Origin: Solirubrobacterales bacterium
GTDB lineage: Bacteria > Actinomycetota > Thermoleophilia > Solirubrobacterales > Solirubrobacteraceae
DNA length: 43,697 bases
Direction: 5' to 3'
Assembly: GCA_019239375.1 (NCBI GenBank)
Contig: JAFAZZ010000049.1
Coordinates: forward strand, 1-43,697
Positions 1 through 8,609 of this stretch are shown piece by piece. Below the pieces are notes generated by a model, which saw nothing but the letters and a program-made list of their open reading frames with translations, had not been told where the DNA came from and made no database searches. A program made the translations under genes and the position numbers. The stretch's first letter is position 1. Each line of letters begins with the position of its first letter.

Positions 1-232
1 GGGCCTTGCGCACCTTGGACAGAAAGCCGTTCTCGAAGTCGAGCAGGTTCGCTTTCATGGCCAGCCGGTCCGCGAATCTCACCTGCGCACGTGGCACGCG
101 CGCGGGGTGCAGGCCGGCGAGCTGCGCGGCGTGCGCCATGAGGTCGCGGTCCGTGATCGCGCCGTCTCGCAGTTCGTCTGAGAAGAACAAGCGCGCCGTC
201 CGCAGCGCGTCTTGATCGTAATGCCCCGACAT
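1..232 (-). CDS. Partial CDS running off the window edge; hypothetical protein divergent from the polysaccharide locus
   Basis: Manual translation from ATG at 232 gives an open frame to the edge (MSGHYDQDALRTARLFFSDELRDG...FENGFLSKVRKA) with GC3-rich codons. Not in the ORF track because the stop lies outside the window. Confidence 0.6.
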   Translation of the reverse strand, partial: MSGHYDQDALRTARLFFSDELRDGAITDRDLMAHAAQLAGLHPARVPRAQVRFADRLAMKANLLDFENGFLSKVRKA

Positions 233-414
233 TGATGTAGCCCGCGCCTAAAACTATCAATCGCACTGTTAGTCGCCAGGCCCGGGGCCGCTCGCCCTGG
301 ACCCTCGCGCCAGGCACGGCTCGCATCCCTCGCCGGCCGGCGCCCGCTGGTGACGCCGGGGCAGGCTCGGCCCCGGCAAAGAGGCGAAAGTGACGCTGTC
401 ATGATTGACGCGGC

Positions 415-1665
415 ATGGCGCCTCACAAACCCGGCTCATCCCGCCGCGGTCGCCCACCCCGACGTTCGGTCCTCGGACGGCTACCGGGCTGGGCGACCGC
501 CGCGGCGCTTGTTCTAGTCCTCGCCGCAGCGGTAGCGGGCGTGGCCGTCATGCTCACCGGCGGACCGCCTCGGCGCGAGGCGGTGATCGACGTACGAGCT
601 TCGCAGATCGGTAACGAGTCGTTCAATCGGGCGGCGGCGAGCTGCCGCCTGACGCCTCCCAGCGTAAGCGGGCAGCAGCCGCGGCTGCTCCTCGGGATCA
701 GCGCCAGCCTCCGGCTGTTTCCGGGTCGGGCAATGTGCGAGGAGGCGCGCTTGGCCCGCGCCACCGGCGCGCGGACGGTTCGCGAGGACCTCAGTTGGGC
801 GCAGAGCGAGCCGCGTCCGAACCAATACGATTGGGCGAACTACGACGCGGTGGTGACCACCGCAACGAATGCCGGATTGACGGTCCTGCCGGTCCTCGAT
901 GACGCACCTGCCTGGGCCGCGACGACCCCCACCACCATCCCGTCGGACCCCGCCTCCTACGCGGGGTTCACCGCCGCCGCGGTACGGCGCTACGGTCCGG
1001 GCGGAACGTTCTGGCGCGTACATCCTGGCCTTCCCGCGCATCCGCTGGTGTGGTACGAGCTGTGGAATGAGCCCTACTACGCCGATCACAATCGCGATCC
1101 GGGGGCCTACGCGCGGCTCGCGCGGGCGGCGGTGACCGCCGGACGGGCGTCCAACCCGGCGGCTCGCTTCTTGATCGAGGGAGACACTGGCTACCAGACG
1201 CCCAGCGGTGGCAGCGCCGATTGGATTGCCGGCATGTATGCCGCGGTGCCGGATCTTGGCGGTTACTTCGACGCCCTCGCGGTTCACCCGTACGGCGGCA
1301 ACCCCGCGATCTACACGCCGGCCGATGCGGACGGCCAGCCGGGTCGAGTCCAGCTCGCCCACGACGAGCTCGCCGCGCACGGGGACGGTGCCAAGCCGGT
1401 GTGGGTGACCGAGATCGGATGGTCGACCTGTTCGGGAGCCGAAGGCTGCGTAACTAAGGCCCAGCAGGCGAGCTACCTGAGCGAGTTCCTTCGTCTAGCC
1501 CGCACCACCTGGAGCTCGTACGTGCGGGCGGTGTTCGTGTATGACCTGCGCGATTCGGCGTCCAGGCCCGACGACCGCGAGGCTTGGTTTGGATTGCTGG
1601 CCCCTGATCTGTCGCCAAAGCCGGCGTGGCAATCGCTGCGTGACGCGGCAACCAGTTCGCAGTGA
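415..1665 (+). CDS. Membrane-anchored clan GH-A glycoside hydrolase (GH5/GH39-like)
   Basis: N-terminal basic region plus TM helix; 'VREDLSWAQSEP', acid/base 'YELWNEP', 'AVHPY', nucleophile 'PVWVTEIGW', C-terminal 'FGLL..DLSPKPAW'. Confidence 0.85.
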   Translation: MAPHKPGSSRRGRPPRRSVLGRLPGWATAAALVLVLAAAVAGVAVMLTGGPPRREAVIDVRASQIGNESFNRAAASCRLTPPSVSGQQPRLLLGISASLRLFPGRAMCEEARLARATGARTVREDLSWAQSEPRPNQYDWANYDAVVTTATNAGLTVLPVLDDAPAWAATTPTTIPSDPASYAGFTAAAVRRYGPGGTFWRVHPGLPAHPLVWYELWNEPYYADHNRDPGAYARLARAAVTAGRASNPAARFLIEGDTGYQTPSGGSADWIAGMYAAVPDLGGYFDALAVHPYGGNPAIYTPADADGQPGRVQLAHDELAAHGDGAKPVWVTEIGWSTCSGAEGCVTKAQQASYLSEFLRLARTTWSSYVRAVFVYDLRDSASRPDDREAWFGLLAPDLSPKPAWQSLRDAATSSQ

Positions 1666-3209
1666 GGCAACGACTCCGGGTTACCGAGCGCTCGCGGCAT
1701 CTCTCCGCAGAGGGCACGTTCAGCTCTTCGGCCTCGCCGCCCTTCATAGATCCTGTCGCAAGCGCTCCACCGATCTCCTCAGCGCGCGCGCTTGGCGACG
1801 TCGCGGTGCAGGTCGTCGGGCGGATCGGCAACCTCCTGCTGGGGCTGGTCGTGGTCATCACGATCGCGCGCACGTTGGGCGTGGGCGGCAACGGCGAGTG
1901 GACGACATTGCTAACGATCTCGATGCTCACTGGCTATTTGGTCGATCCCGGACTCCAGACCACGGCTCTGCGGATGGCGGCCGCTGACCCTCGAGACCAA
2001 GGGCAGTGGCTCGGGGCACTGGTCAGCGTGCGCGTGGTGACCGGAGTCCTCGCCGCCTTGTTGTGCTTCGGCCTGTCAGCCGCCGTGGCCACCGGACCGT
2101 CGATGGTCCTCGCCGGCGCCTTGATCTCCGCTACCGCGCTGTCGTCTCCGGCGCAGGCGCTCGCCGTGGTCTTTCAGCTCGAGGTGCGCAACGACCGCAC
2201 GATCGCCTTCGTGACCCTCAACTCCCTGCTCTGGACCGCCGGCGTCCTCGTTGTCGCAGTCTCGGGCGGAGGCCTGGTGGCATTTGCCGCCGTTTTCGTG
2301 GCCACGTCCGTGGTCACCGCGACCGTGCAGGGACGGTACGTGTGGCGCCGGGCGCCGGTGATGTTGGAGGGCGTGCGCCGCCACGGACGTCGGCTTCTGC
2401 GCGTCGGTCTGGTCGTAGGGCTAGGAAGCGTGTTGACGATCATGTACGGAAAGATCGACCAGATCCTGGTTCTGCACTATCAGGGGGTAGACGGAGCCGG
2501 ACTATACGGCGCGGCCTATTCGCTGTTGGACAAGGTCCAGTTTCTGCCGGGGGTGCTCATGACGACGGTCTTCCCGATCGTTGCGTCGGCTTGGCCGGCG
2601 AATCCCGAGCGGGCGCGCGCCGCCGTCCGGCGCGCGCTCGGGTACATGGCGATCATCTCCTTGCCGGCGCTCGCCTTCACGCTCGTCGCGGCGAGGCCAG
2701 TGATGGTTCTCCTGTTCGGCGAGCAGTTCGCGCCCGCCGCCGGTGCGCTAGAGGTGCTGATGGCGTCGTTCGTCCCGATCTGCTTCGGTTATGTCGCCGG
2801 CTCGCTGGCCGTTGTGGTCGAACGTCAGCGAACGTTTGTCCTTATCGCTCTCGCTGGCCTCGTGTTCAACGTCGTCGCGAACGTCCTGCTGCTCCCGCGC
2901 TACGGGTTCATCGCAGCGGCCTGGATCACCCTCGCCACGGAGATGCTCGTGATCGGGCCGGCAGTCGCCACGACGCTCGGCGCTATGGGCGCGTCCCCTG
3001 ATCTCCGCAGGGTGCCGCGAGCGCTTGTGGCGGCGACCATCATGGGCGTCCTCGTGGGGCTCGCCAGGCACTGGGGCTGCGGCATCGTGCTGCTCGTGGG
3101 CATCGCTGCGATCGTTTACCCGCTCGCCGTCCTCGCAACCGGCGCGGTCACGGCCGACGAACGGACGCAACTGCTGCTGTGGCTGAGCCGCGCTACCCGC
3201 GCCCGGTAG
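1662..3209 (+). CDS. wzx: Wzx-type oligosaccharide flippase (MOP superfamily)
   Basis: About 12-14 hydrophobic helices; 'ARTLG...G', 'KIDQILV...AGLYGAAY', 'NVLLLPRYGFIAAAW'; GTGA overlap with the upstream gene (start codon uncertain). Confidence 0.85.
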   Translation: MRQRLRVTERSRHLSAEGTFSSSASPPFIDPVASAPPISSARALGDVAVQVVGRIGNLLLGLVVVITIARTLGVGGNGEWTTLLTISMLTGYLVDPGLQTTALRMAAADPRDQGQWLGALVSVRVVTGVLAALLCFGLSAAVATGPSMVLAGALISATALSSPAQALAVVFQLEVRNDRTIAFVTLNSLLWTAGVLVVAVSGGGLVAFAAVFVATSVVTATVQGRYVWRRAPVMLEGVRRHGRRLLRVGLVVGLGSVLTIMYGKIDQILVLHYQGVDGAGLYGAAYSLLDKVQFLPGVLMTTVFPIVASAWPANPERARAAVRRALGYMAIISLPALAFTLVAARPVMVLLFGEQFAPAAGALEVLMASFVPICFGYVAGSLAVVVERQRTFVLIALAGLVFNVVANVLLLPRYGFIAAAWITLATEMLVIGPAVATTLGAMGASPDLRRVPRALVAATIMGVLVGLARHWGCGIVLLVGIAAIVYPLAVLATGAVTADERTQLLLWLSRATRAR

Positions 3210-3290
3210 TGATCTCGCCTGTCGCCCGTCCGAACAGCCGCGTTCGAAATCGATGCGCAACTTTCAGGAGGTATGACGAGTTTATAGGGC

Positions 3291-5012
3291 ATGCATCTTG
3301 GACGACGACAGGGGTCGAGGGCATTCGTGCTCCCCAACTTGGGCCGCCGGCGCCCGCTGATCGGATCCTCGCGGCTTCGCTGGCCGCGCCGTAGCCTGCG
3401 GATCGGCCTCCTGGCGCTCCTCACCTTCGCGACCGCTGCCGTGCAGGCGACCGCGGCGTGGGCGTCGTTCCCGAGCTCGCCGCAGCTCGACAACTTTGCC
3501 GCCGACAGCTCCCAGAGTCCGCACTGGATTACTCCCGCGCTGGGTGAAGGGTCGATGTACCTCGACGTGGCCGCGACGCCCCACCAGTTCACGGGTACCA
3601 GCGGCTTGTTCGCCGGCGCGCTCTGGGACTCGACATACGCTAATCCGGTGGAGGCGTGGACTACGATCGCGCGCAGCGGCACCGGGGATGCGTCCCTGTA
3701 CGTGGACGTCACGGGCGGAACGTCGGGGTCGGTGCACCCCAACAGCGCCTACTTCGCCGATTTCGGCGGCGCCAGCTCCCAAGGCTCGCGCTCCCAGGTG
3801 TCCATCTGGCGGGTCGACGGCGTCGACGCTGAACGGCGGCTGACCTTCGCAAGCTCGCCGTTCACCCAGCTGCAACCTGGCGATCAGATCGGGATGTCGA
3901 ACAACGCCGGCGTGATCATCGCTTGGTACAGACCGGCCGGGGGTTCCTGGCGGGCCGTTGTCAGCATTACGGACACCAGGTACTCGAGCGGTCGAATCGC
4001 GGTGGAGGACATCCCGGGTGGGGATTACGGCTTCACCGCGTTCGGCGGCGGGACCTCAGCCGCGCCGGTGGCCAGTACGCACACCACGACCTCGATTGCC
4101 TCCTCGCGGACGAACGTCAACGTCGGTCAGTCCGTGACCTACACGGCGACCGTGAGCCCGGCGCCACGGCTACCGGGTGGCACCATCGCGTTCCTCGATG
4201 GCGGCCAGCTGATCGCTGGCTGCGCGGCCCAGCCCGTCGACACCGCCGGACACGCCAGTTGCGCCACGTCCTACGCCGCGTTCGGCACGCACGTGGTCGA
4301 CGCGCTCTACACGGGGTCTCCGGACGGCGCGTTTGCGGGCTCTACCAACACCCCGCCTGCGGTCGTGACTGTCGTCGAGTCAACAGTCACAACTCTCTCA
4401 TCATCGACTGCGACACCGGTGGTCGGTGCTCCGGTGCTGTACACGGCGAAGGTGACCCCCGCTCCGGACGGCGGCAGCGTCTCGTTCACCGACGCCGGCA
4501 AGCTGATCCGCAGCTGCGGTTCTAAGGCCGTGCGCGGCGGGCTCGCAACCTGCAGGGTCATCTACCGGACGTCCGGGATCCACGCAGTCCGCGCCTCCTA
4601 CCGAGGCGACGCGCACTTCAAAACTTCCACATCATCACGCCCGCTTAGAATCACCGTCTCGGCGCGGTCCGGCCTGCGCGTGGCCACTGGGCGTCTGATC
4701 GTGATGGTCTCCTGCCCGGCCCACTCGGCGGGGTGCAGGATCACCCCGACGCTGGCGATCGTGCCTGCGGGGGTCAAGCGGGTCTTCACCTTTCACACGC
4801 GTAGCGCGAAGCTAAAGGCGGGCAGCAGCGGCCAGTTCGCCTTCGTACTAAACAAGCGGACCACCGCGTACCTCCGCGGCTATGCGCGAGGGCACCGTCG
4901 GCCTCGTCTAATCGTGACCGTCCGGCTCATCCTGGCCGACGGCGATGGGAGCCGAGGAATCCAGACATTCCTCACTACCATCGCCGGCGCGCGGACTGTG
5001 GCGCAGCTCTAG
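3291..5012 (+). CDS. Secreted protein with bacterial Ig-like (group 3) repeats
   Basis: Signal-like 'IGLLALLTFATAAVQATAAWA'; two repeats of the form 'T(S/T)xxSS..vG.sVtYTAtVtPap..GtvsF.Dgg.lI..C....A.C...y...GtH.v.A.Y.G'; basic C-terminal domain. Confidence 0.8.
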   Translation: MHLGRRQGSRAFVLPNLGRRRPLIGSSRLRWPRRSLRIGLLALLTFATAAVQATAAWASFPSSPQLDNFAADSSQSPHWITPALGEGSMYLDVAATPHQFTGTSGLFAGALWDSTYANPVEAWTTIARSGTGDASLYVDVTGGTSGSVHPNSAYFADFGGASSQGSRSQVSIWRVDGVDAERRLTFASSPFTQLQPGDQIGMSNNAGVIIAWYRPAGGSWRAVVSITDTRYSSGRIAVEDIPGGDYGFTAFGGGTSAAPVASTHTTTSIASSRTNVNVGQSVTYTATVSPAPRLPGGTIAFLDGGQLIAGCAAQPVDTAGHASCATSYAAFGTHVVDALYTGSPDGAFAGSTNTPPAVVTVVESTVTTLSSSTATPVVGAPVLYTAKVTPAPDGGSVSFTDAGKLIRSCGSKAVRGGLATCRVIYRTSGIHAVRASYRGDAHFKTSTSSRPLRITVSARSGLRVATGRLIVMVSCPAHSAGCRITPTLAIVPAGVKRVFTFHTRSAKLKAGSSGQFAFVLNKRTTAYLRGYARGHRRPRLIVTVRLILADGDGSRGIQTFLTTIAGARTVAQL

Positions 5013-5130
5013 TCGCGCCTATAGGCGCCTCGCCGAGCGCTTGACGGGCCCGCTTGCAAGGTGGTTGTCCGGCGCGTGGTAGGGTGCCGCGGCTCTGCGA
5101 CTGACCCGACTTCCCCGTTCGGCAACGGTC

Positions 5131-6102
5131 ATGGCCCTCGTGGCCGGTGCGATTGTCACAGCGACGACGGACTCTACGGCGGTCACGACTGCCGGCGGCC
5201 GACATAATCGGCCGCGACCTATCGATAGTCGGTCTGCGCCGCTGGGGTTTCGAGTCTCGGTCATGGGCGTGTCAGGTTCGGGGCTGGGTTCGCGGCTGCG
5301 CCGCATCGGGATCAATTGGGACCGGGTAGACGTTGGGGACGGCAGCGATATCGGCAACGTCAAGTACGCGCTCAGACAGGGCGTAAAGTGCTTGGTGCTG
5401 TTCAATCCGGATCTAGCCGGGCTGACCCCGCAGACGGCCGCTCTCGAGCTCCGGGCGCTAGCCCGCAAGATCCTGCCGCTGGGTTTGGACGAAATCGAAT
5501 TCGGCAACGAGGTCTACGACCACGGAAGCACGCCCCGCTCCTACGCCGCGCAATATGCGGCCGCCCACGCCTCAGTCGCCGGTCTGCACATCACGTTGAT
5601 CGCCGATAGCTTCGGTGACTACGAGCGGCCCAACGGCACCTGGTCACAGGACGCCAGCGGCGGCGGCTGGATCCACGACTTCATCCATGCGCTTCCCGCG
5701 GACAGTCGTCAGATCGGCGCGTTCTCGATTCATCCGTACGGACCAATGAACCGCTTGCGCTCAGGCGAGGACAGTGGCTGGCCGGCGGTGGCTCGATATC
5801 ACGCGCTGGCCGTGGCCAATCACGTAGATGTGCCGTGGTATGTCACCGAGGTCGGACAGAACCTGGGCGATTCCAACACCTCGCCGCCCGTTAACCCTGG
5901 GACTCAGGCGGCGGACATCACGCGGTACCTCAGTGACACCCTCTCAAAGTATCGATGGGTCACCTACTTGGACTTCTATGCGATCAAGGACAACGCGTCC
6001 GGTCGCTGCGGATTGCTCGATTCCGACGACAGCCCGAGGCCCGCGTACCAGGCGCTCGCGACGTGGATGGCGGCGCATCTCGGCGCTGGGAGCAGGCGTT
6101 AG
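5131..6102 (+). CDS. Second clan GH-A glycoside hydrolase-like protein
   Basis: 'EIEFGNEV', 'FSIHPYG', 'PWYVTEVG', 'GLLDSDDSPRPAYQAL' parallel the motifs of the 415 hydrolase; start codon uncertain. Confidence 0.75.
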   Translation: MALVAGAIVTATTDSTAVTTAGGRHNRPRPIDSRSAPLGFRVSVMGVSGSGLGSRLRRIGINWDRVDVGDGSDIGNVKYALRQGVKCLVLFNPDLAGLTPQTAALELRALARKILPLGLDEIEFGNEVYDHGSTPRSYAAQYAAAHASVAGLHITLIADSFGDYERPNGTWSQDASGGGWIHDFIHALPADSRQIGAFSIHPYGPMNRLRSGEDSGWPAVARYHALAVANHVDVPWYVTEVGQNLGDSNTSPPVNPGTQAADITRYLSDTLSKYRWVTYLDFYAIKDNASGRCGLLDSDDSPRPAYQALATWMAAHLGAGSRR

Positions 6103-6151
6103 CCAGTCTCAGCGCCGCGTCAGGATGCGCGGCGTATATTTAGGCCAAGCG

Positions 6152-6961
6152 ATGACGTCGGACGAGCGCTTCGGCCGGGGACTAGGGGCCACCGCCGGCG
6201 ACACCAAAGCCCATCCTGCCCTCCCCCTGGTTCGCCCGGTCATCGGTGCGCTGCAGCGCATCAACCGCGCGTTGCGCTGGCTCAGCACCCAGACTCATCG
6301 CCTCCAGGGCGCGGTCGAGGGACGATTCGATCGCCGGCGGATGTGGTTCGACCACTACATCGACGTCAACTACAACTGGCTGGCCCAAGGCGATGCAACG
6401 TTTCTCGAGCGCGGGTTGTTCAACCGTATGTGCCTGAGTCCTGACGCGGACGTGCTCGAGATCGCTTGCGGCGACGGCTTCTACACGCGCCACTTCTACG
6501 CGGCTCAGGCGCGATCAGTGCTGGCCATCGACATCGATCCGGCCGCCCTCGAATTCGCGCGCCGCGTCAACAGCCGCGAGAACGTCCGATACGAGGTCCG
6601 AGACATCCGACTCGGGCTACCGCAGGCCTCCGTCACTCACGTCATCTGGGACAACGCCATGATCTTCCTCACGGAGGAGCAACTTGCCGAGGCAGTGGAC
6701 GAGATCCATGCGCGGATCGGCCAGACGGGGAAGTTCAGCGGCTACGTCGCCTACGAGCCGCACCTGCACCAGCCGTTCGTGCGGCATACATTCCGCGACA
6801 GCGAAGGCCTGGCCGAGTTCTTGAAGCGAAGCTTCGAGCACGCACTCGTTTTCAGAACCGAGTACGGGGGACGAGTCAACTACTACTTCGTAGCCTCGGA
6901 CATGCCCCTAGCTGCGGCAGTGCCAGCGATCGTGGCAAACGCCGACGTACCCGGGGTTTGA
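6152..6961 (+). CDS. Class I SAM-dependent methyltransferase
   Basis: Motif I 'VLEIACGDGF', motif II 'VLAIDID'. Start moved from 5828 (overlaps the upstream hydrolase) to ATG 6152; ATG 6125 is an alternative. Confidence 0.8.
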   Translation: MTSDERFGRGLGATAGDTKAHPALPLVRPVIGALQRINRALRWLSTQTHRLQGAVEGRFDRRRMWFDHYIDVNYNWLAQGDATFLERGLFNRMCLSPDADVLEIACGDGFYTRHFYAAQARSVLAIDIDPAALEFARRVNSRENVRYEVRDIRLGLPQASVTHVIWDNAMIFLTEEQLAEAVDEIHARIGQTGKFSGYVAYEPHLHQPFVRHTFRDSEGLAEFLKRSFEHALVFRTEYGGRVNYYFVASDMPLAAAVPAIVANADVPGV

Positions 6962-6981
6962 GATCGGGAGGCGATAGGCGG

Positions 6982-8445
6982 CTATTCGGAGCGTGACGCC
7001 GACATCACGACGGTCTGCAGCTCGGTCAGCGTCTCCATCGCGTAGCGCCCGCCGACGCGGCCGACTCCGCTGGCCGTTCCGGCCCGCCCACCGAACGGGA
7101 GGTGCGCCTCCCAATAGTTGCTCGATTCGTTGATGTTGACCCAGCCGGTGCGGACCCGGTCGGCGAACTCGAGTCCGGCCTGCAGGTCGGCCGTGAAGAT
7201 CGCCGCCAGCAGGCCGTAGGGCGATGCGTTGGTCAGCTCGATCGCCTGCTCGAGCGAATCGATCGCCACCACCGGAGCGACCGGCCCGAACGTTTCCTCG
7301 CGGGCGATACGCGAGGCCGCCGGCACGTCGGTCAGCACGGTCGGCTCCCAGTAGAGCGTGGTCGGAAACCCGTCCGCCCGCGATCCCCCGGTCAGGATCC
7401 GGGCGCCCTGCGCCACCGCGTCGCCGACGTGCTCGTCCATCTTGAGCGCGACTGGCTCGTTGTTGAGCGGCCCCATCGTGGTGGCGTCGTTGAACGGGTC
7501 GCCGAGCACGACTCGCTCGGTGACACGGCGTGCCAGCCGATCGACGAACTCATCGCGCACGGCGCGATGGACCAAGATCCGCTCACCCGCGGTGCAGCTC
7601 TGGCCGGCGCATAGATAGCACGCCGTCAGGGTCGCCTCGACCGCCGCCTCCAGGTCGGCATCATTCATCACCACCAGCGGCCCGTTGCCGCCCATCTCGA
7701 GCAGCGTCGCCTTGCCAGCGGCCGCCTGCGCCACGAGCCGGCCGGTGGCCGTCGAGCCGATGAAGGCGACGGCGTCCGTGCCCGGATTGCGCGCGATCTC
7801 GTCTCCCACGACCGGGCCGGGTCCGGTGACCAGGTTGAACACCCCGGCCGGCAGGTCGGCCTCGGCGAGGCACTCGGCGAGGGCGACGGCGCAGATGGCA
7901 GTGGAAGGCGCCGGCGTCCAGACCACGGCGTTGCCGGCCGCCAGCGCCGGCGCGATCAGCTCGGCCGGCATCGTGTAAGGCCAGTTCCACGGGCTGATCA
8001 CGCCGACCACGCCACGCGCACGGCGCATCAGCATCACCCGCTTGCCGGGGGAGAACGAGTTGGGGAGCTCGCCGCCGAGGCGCTTGGCGTCCTCAGCGGC
8101 CATCCGCCAGTACTCGACGAGCTCGTCCACCTCGCCGAACGCCTCGGCCCGGAGCGGCTTGCCCTGGTCGAGGGCGAGGGTGCGCGCGAGTTCATCTCGA
8201 CGCGCTTCGATCAGGTCGCCGATGGCATGCATTTTCGCCGCCCGCTCGAAGGCGGTCAGCCCCTCCCATCCCGGTGCCGCCTCCCGCGCCGCGGTGATCG
8301 CGCGGGCGCCGTCGCCTCGATCACCCTGCGGAACGGTCGCGATCAGTTCGCCGGTAACCGGACTCGTGGCGTCGAAAGTCTCTTGGCTGCTGCTCGCCTG
8401 CCAGCTTCCGCCCACGAACATCTTTTGCACGGTGGCTGTGGCCAT
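6982..8445 (-). CDS. NAD(P)-dependent aldehyde dehydrogenase; candidate betaine-aldehyde or aminoaldehyde dehydrogenase by context
   Basis: 'ISPWNWP', 'FIGSTATG', 'LEMGGN', catalytic Cys in 'GQSCTA', 'EETFGP', 'PFGG'; GGGGAG Shine-Dalgarno before ATG 8445. Confidence 0.92.
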   Translation of the reverse strand: MATATVQKMFVGGSWQASSSQETFDATSPVTGELIATVPQGDRGDGARAITAAREAAPGWEGLTAFERAAKMHAIGDLIEARRDELARTLALDQGKPLRAEAFGEVDELVEYWRMAAEDAKRLGGELPNSFSPGKRVMLMRRARGVVGVISPWNWPYTMPAELIAPALAAGNAVVWTPAPSTAICAVALAECLAEADLPAGVFNLVTGPGPVVGDEIARNPGTDAVAFIGSTATGRLVAQAAAGKATLLEMGGNGPLVVMNDADLEAAVEATLTACYLCAGQSCTAGERILVHRAVRDEFVDRLARRVTERVVLGDPFNDATTMGPLNNEPVALKMDEHVGDAVAQGARILTGGSRADGFPTTLYWEPTVLTDVPAASRIAREETFGPVAPVVAIDSLEQAIELTNASPYGLLAAIFTADLQAGLEFADRVRTGWVNINESSNYWEAHLPFGGRAGTASGVGRVGGRYAMETLTELQTVVMSASRSE

Positions 8446-8466
8446 CGATCTCCCCGTCACGCCGCG

Positions 8467-8517
8467 TTGACACAGTTCGACAACTGATATATAACAGCCG
8501 CATCAGGTGCGGGTCAA
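8467..8517. promoter_or_regulatory. Overlapping divergent sigma70-type promoters sharing one -10 region, with a GntR/HutC-like operator
   Basis: + strand TTGACA(8467-72)-N17-TATAAC(8490-95); - strand TTGACC(8517-12)-N18-TATATA(8493-88); near-palindrome CTGATATATAACAG (8484-97); inverted repeat CAGTT-N4-AACTG (8473-86). Confidence 0.7.
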
Positions 8518-8609
8518 TGGATTCGAGGGCGCCCACCCGACCCAGATCCGGGCAAGGCCTTGGTGTTCTATCGATCGCGCCAGGGTGCGCGGACCGGGGA
8601 GGTTGATCA

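Noticed and set aside
5828-6151. Long N-terminal extensions in the ORF track (also 26751, 27128, 30420, 32154, 32786, 42325 starts)
   Set aside because: They overlap upstream genes; downstream starts with RBS or stop-start coupling fit better.
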